Shown one piece after another: positions 62,056 to 64,000 of a DNA stretch of 64,000 bases. This DNA is from an uncultured virus (IMG/VR IMGVR_UViG_3300044612_002689). Lineage: Duplodnaviria; Heunggongvirae; Uroviricota; Caudoviricetes. Below the pieces are notes generated by a model. That model worked only from the letters and a program-made list of their open reading frames with translations, was not told the DNA's origin and searched no databases. The position numbers and the translations under genes are program-made. The first letter of the stretch is position 1. Each line of letters opens with the position of its first letter. The stretch lies in IMG/VR virus record IMGVR_UViG_3300044612_002689; one strand, 5' to 3'.

Positions 62056-62397
62056 TTACCATCTTCTAGATCGTCTTTCATTCATAACCGGAGGTGATGT
62101 ACTAATTTTTTGCAAAACACAATTCATGAATTTAATTCCATCTTGTGGTGTTTTATTTAATTTAGATAATTCCGTACCACAAGCCATTAATTTCACTAAA
62201 TCAGTTGGGATTTTTTTAGAAGTAATAACCCCCATACCTAATTCCTTACAAGTAGGAATTGGATCAAGATTATTTAATGATAATACTTCAGTTGCACAAC
62301 CAATAATTTCTGTTGGAATATCGTTTTGATTTTCTTTAATTACTCGTTTAACAATACGAACTAGATCTGCTTCTGTTAATCTTACAATTTTTTTCAT
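62056..62397 (-). CDS. Hypothetical protein, MKKIVRLTEADL leader
   Basis: Start reassigned; upstream ATATTTATA on the minus strand. Confidence 0.7.
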   Translation of the reverse strand: MKKIVRLTEADLVRIVKRVIKENQNDIPTEIIGCATEVLSLNNLDPIPTCKELGMGVITSKKIPTDLVKLMACGTELSKLNKTPQDGIKFMNCVLQKISTSPPVMNERRSRRW

Positions 62398-62461
62398 ATT
62401 AAGTTTTTTAATATAAATATATGAATTGAAAAAAAACAATAATTTCAGAATATTTATTATC

Positions 62462-63916
62462 ATGAATAATAAAAAACTAATTAAAGAAATTCAAAAAATT
62501 AAAAATTGTTTTGGATTAAATTTGTTGAATGAAAGTGTGGGACCAGGCGATAAATTAATTTTGGGTGCGTTAGATGCATCAAGTACAGGACTTGTAAAAA
62601 CTTTGGGTACAGAACTTGCAACTCAGATTGAAAATTCAATTTTAACCTCCGTAAAAAATTCAGAATTAATTTTGAATAAAATGGGAAAAAAAATTGGTGA
62701 CAATGTAAGTTTTGATGATATCAAAACACTTTATGGTCAAACAACAAAATCTTCAGCCGCAGAAATGGTTTTAAAAGAACTAGGATCGGAAGGTTCAAAA
62801 GTTTTGGATGATCTTTTGTTAAATAAAATTAATCCAAAAAATTTAACTGCTTTAGGAAGTTATGTTAAACAACTTGATAAAACTAATCAACAAGCATTGA
62901 AAACAAGTTTACAAGACTTACAGACACAATTTAGTAAAAGTATAGATGATGAGGCGACTTTTGAAACTGCTTGTGAGGTAATGGAGGCTACAATTCCAAA
63001 ATTAAAAGAACAGTTAAAAACCATCGAAATGGATCAAACTCTAAAAGTAGATTTAGAGAGAGTCTTAGATAGTTTTCAAACACAAATTAATACTCATAAA
63101 TTTTCAAAAGAACTTTCACCTTCTTCAACACCTCAAGTAAAAAATGTTGAGCCTAGTATTGACGACTGGCCCAACATGACTTTTCACGAAAAACCAAGTT
63201 ATACCCCAGTAAATCTAAAAACTTATTCTACGACATTTTCGAATAATAGTTTCGATCCAGAATTAATTGATTTCAATAACATTAAATTTAAGGAAGATGC
63301 ATTCCCTATGGAATGGATACAAAGACTTATTATTCAAGATGCGGAATCAATTGAAAAGTGGGGGTTGAAAAATTGGTTGGAAACAACAATAATCAGATCG
63401 ATTGGTGCCGGACTTCAACTTTTAAAAAGCATAGGTTTAGATATGTCCCCGATTGAAAAGGAGGCGACAATCAGAGATGCTGCCGAACTTTTTCCAATAA
63501 CAGGATTCGAAAAGTTTGGTACTGATAATTTTCGAGATTTCATTATTAAAAAATATAAAGATAATACTTTAAGGATTAATACGTCACTTCCTCCAAGTGA
63601 TTTGGCAAATTTTGACCCACGATGGTCAAGTCCCTTTAGTTGGGATTTTTCTATAGAGCCACCGACAACAAACACAAAAAATCAGTTAAATTATAATCAA
63701 CTTCAAAATTCTCAAGAAATACAAAAACAACTAGACAAATGGGATAAGTGGTACGATATGCCCAAAGAGGGTGATTATAATTATAAAACATGGATGGACA
63801 AACAAAAGAAAGATATGGAAGATTTGAAAAATAAAGGATTTTATAATATCAATACACTTCCTGGTATGAATGAATCATTGAACAGGGAAATAAATAAAAT
63901 AAAAAAACTTTTGTGA
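62462..63916 (+). CDS. Large hypothetical protein with EIxKIK modules at both ends
   Basis: KEIQKIK..LLNES at the N-terminus, MNESLNREINKIKKLL at the C-terminus. Confidence 0.7.
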   Translation: MNNKKLIKEIQKIKNCFGLNLLNESVGPGDKLILGALDASSTGLVKTLGTELATQIENSILTSVKNSELILNKMGKKIGDNVSFDDIKTLYGQTTKSSAAEMVLKELGSEGSKVLDDLLLNKINPKNLTALGSYVKQLDKTNQQALKTSLQDLQTQFSKSIDDEATFETACEVMEATIPKLKEQLKTIEMDQTLKVDLERVLDSFQTQINTHKFSKELSPSSTPQVKNVEPSIDDWPNMTFHEKPSYTPVNLKTYSTTFSNNSFDPELIDFNNIKFKEDAFPMEWIQRLIIQDAESIEKWGLKNWLETTIIRSIGAGLQLLKSIGLDMSPIEKEATIRDAAELFPITGFEKFGTDNFRDFIIKKYKDNTLRINTSLPPSDLANFDPRWSSPFSWDFSIEPPTTNTKNQLNYNQLQNSQEIQKQLDKWDKWYDMPKEGDYNYKTWMDKQKKDMEDLKNKGFYNINTLPGMNESLNREINKIKKLL

Positions 63917-64000
63917 AAAAAAGAACACTTAACGAAGAATTAGAAAAAATATCCCAGATTTTTAATGTTATGGGAATGGGATTTGGAGTTATAAAAGAAT

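Noticed and set aside
412..63675. Many short ORFs antisense or out of frame to larger genes
   Set aside because: Shadow ORFs of AT-rich coding DNA with no recognisable motifs.

Overview
AT-rich, gene-dense window, almost entirely + strand, standard genetic code. It reads as part of a large (jumbo/huge) dsDNA phage genome. The host is probably Bacteroidota: several exact TTTG-N19/20-TAnnTTTG promoters, Bacteroidota-type lipoproteins and a T9SS-CTD-like protein. The left third (1-23 kb) carries metabolic and repair genes: Smr, a cytidylyltransferase, tRNA-Asp plus two tRNA-like elements, umuD/umuC, a GT2-GNAT-LpxH-like cassette, a compact uvrC, thyA with a DfrB-like SH3 neighbour, an amidase and phosphoesterases. 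From about 25 kb on, dozens of unrelated proteins share a few N-terminal leader peptides (MNLQESIRRILREE, MKKIIRLTESDL, MKIIITESQ, FRFKQLLES) and an upstream RTATTTAT motif; they include ART-like domains, zincins and many peptidoglycan enzymes. A gene-poor, homopolymer-rich region at 34.3-37.6 kb may be an origin or packaging region and holds a promoter-driven structured ncRNA candidate. The main finding is at 42.2-44.1 kb: a 415-aa TnpB-like RuvC protein with an intact catalytic triad, a ~110-nt structured tracr-like segment with anti-repeat patches, and a CRISPR array (36-bp type VI-B-like repeats, 30-nt spacers) closed by a terminator. No cas1/cas2 or tnpA is present in the window. All protein family calls come from motif recognition by eye; no database search was run.
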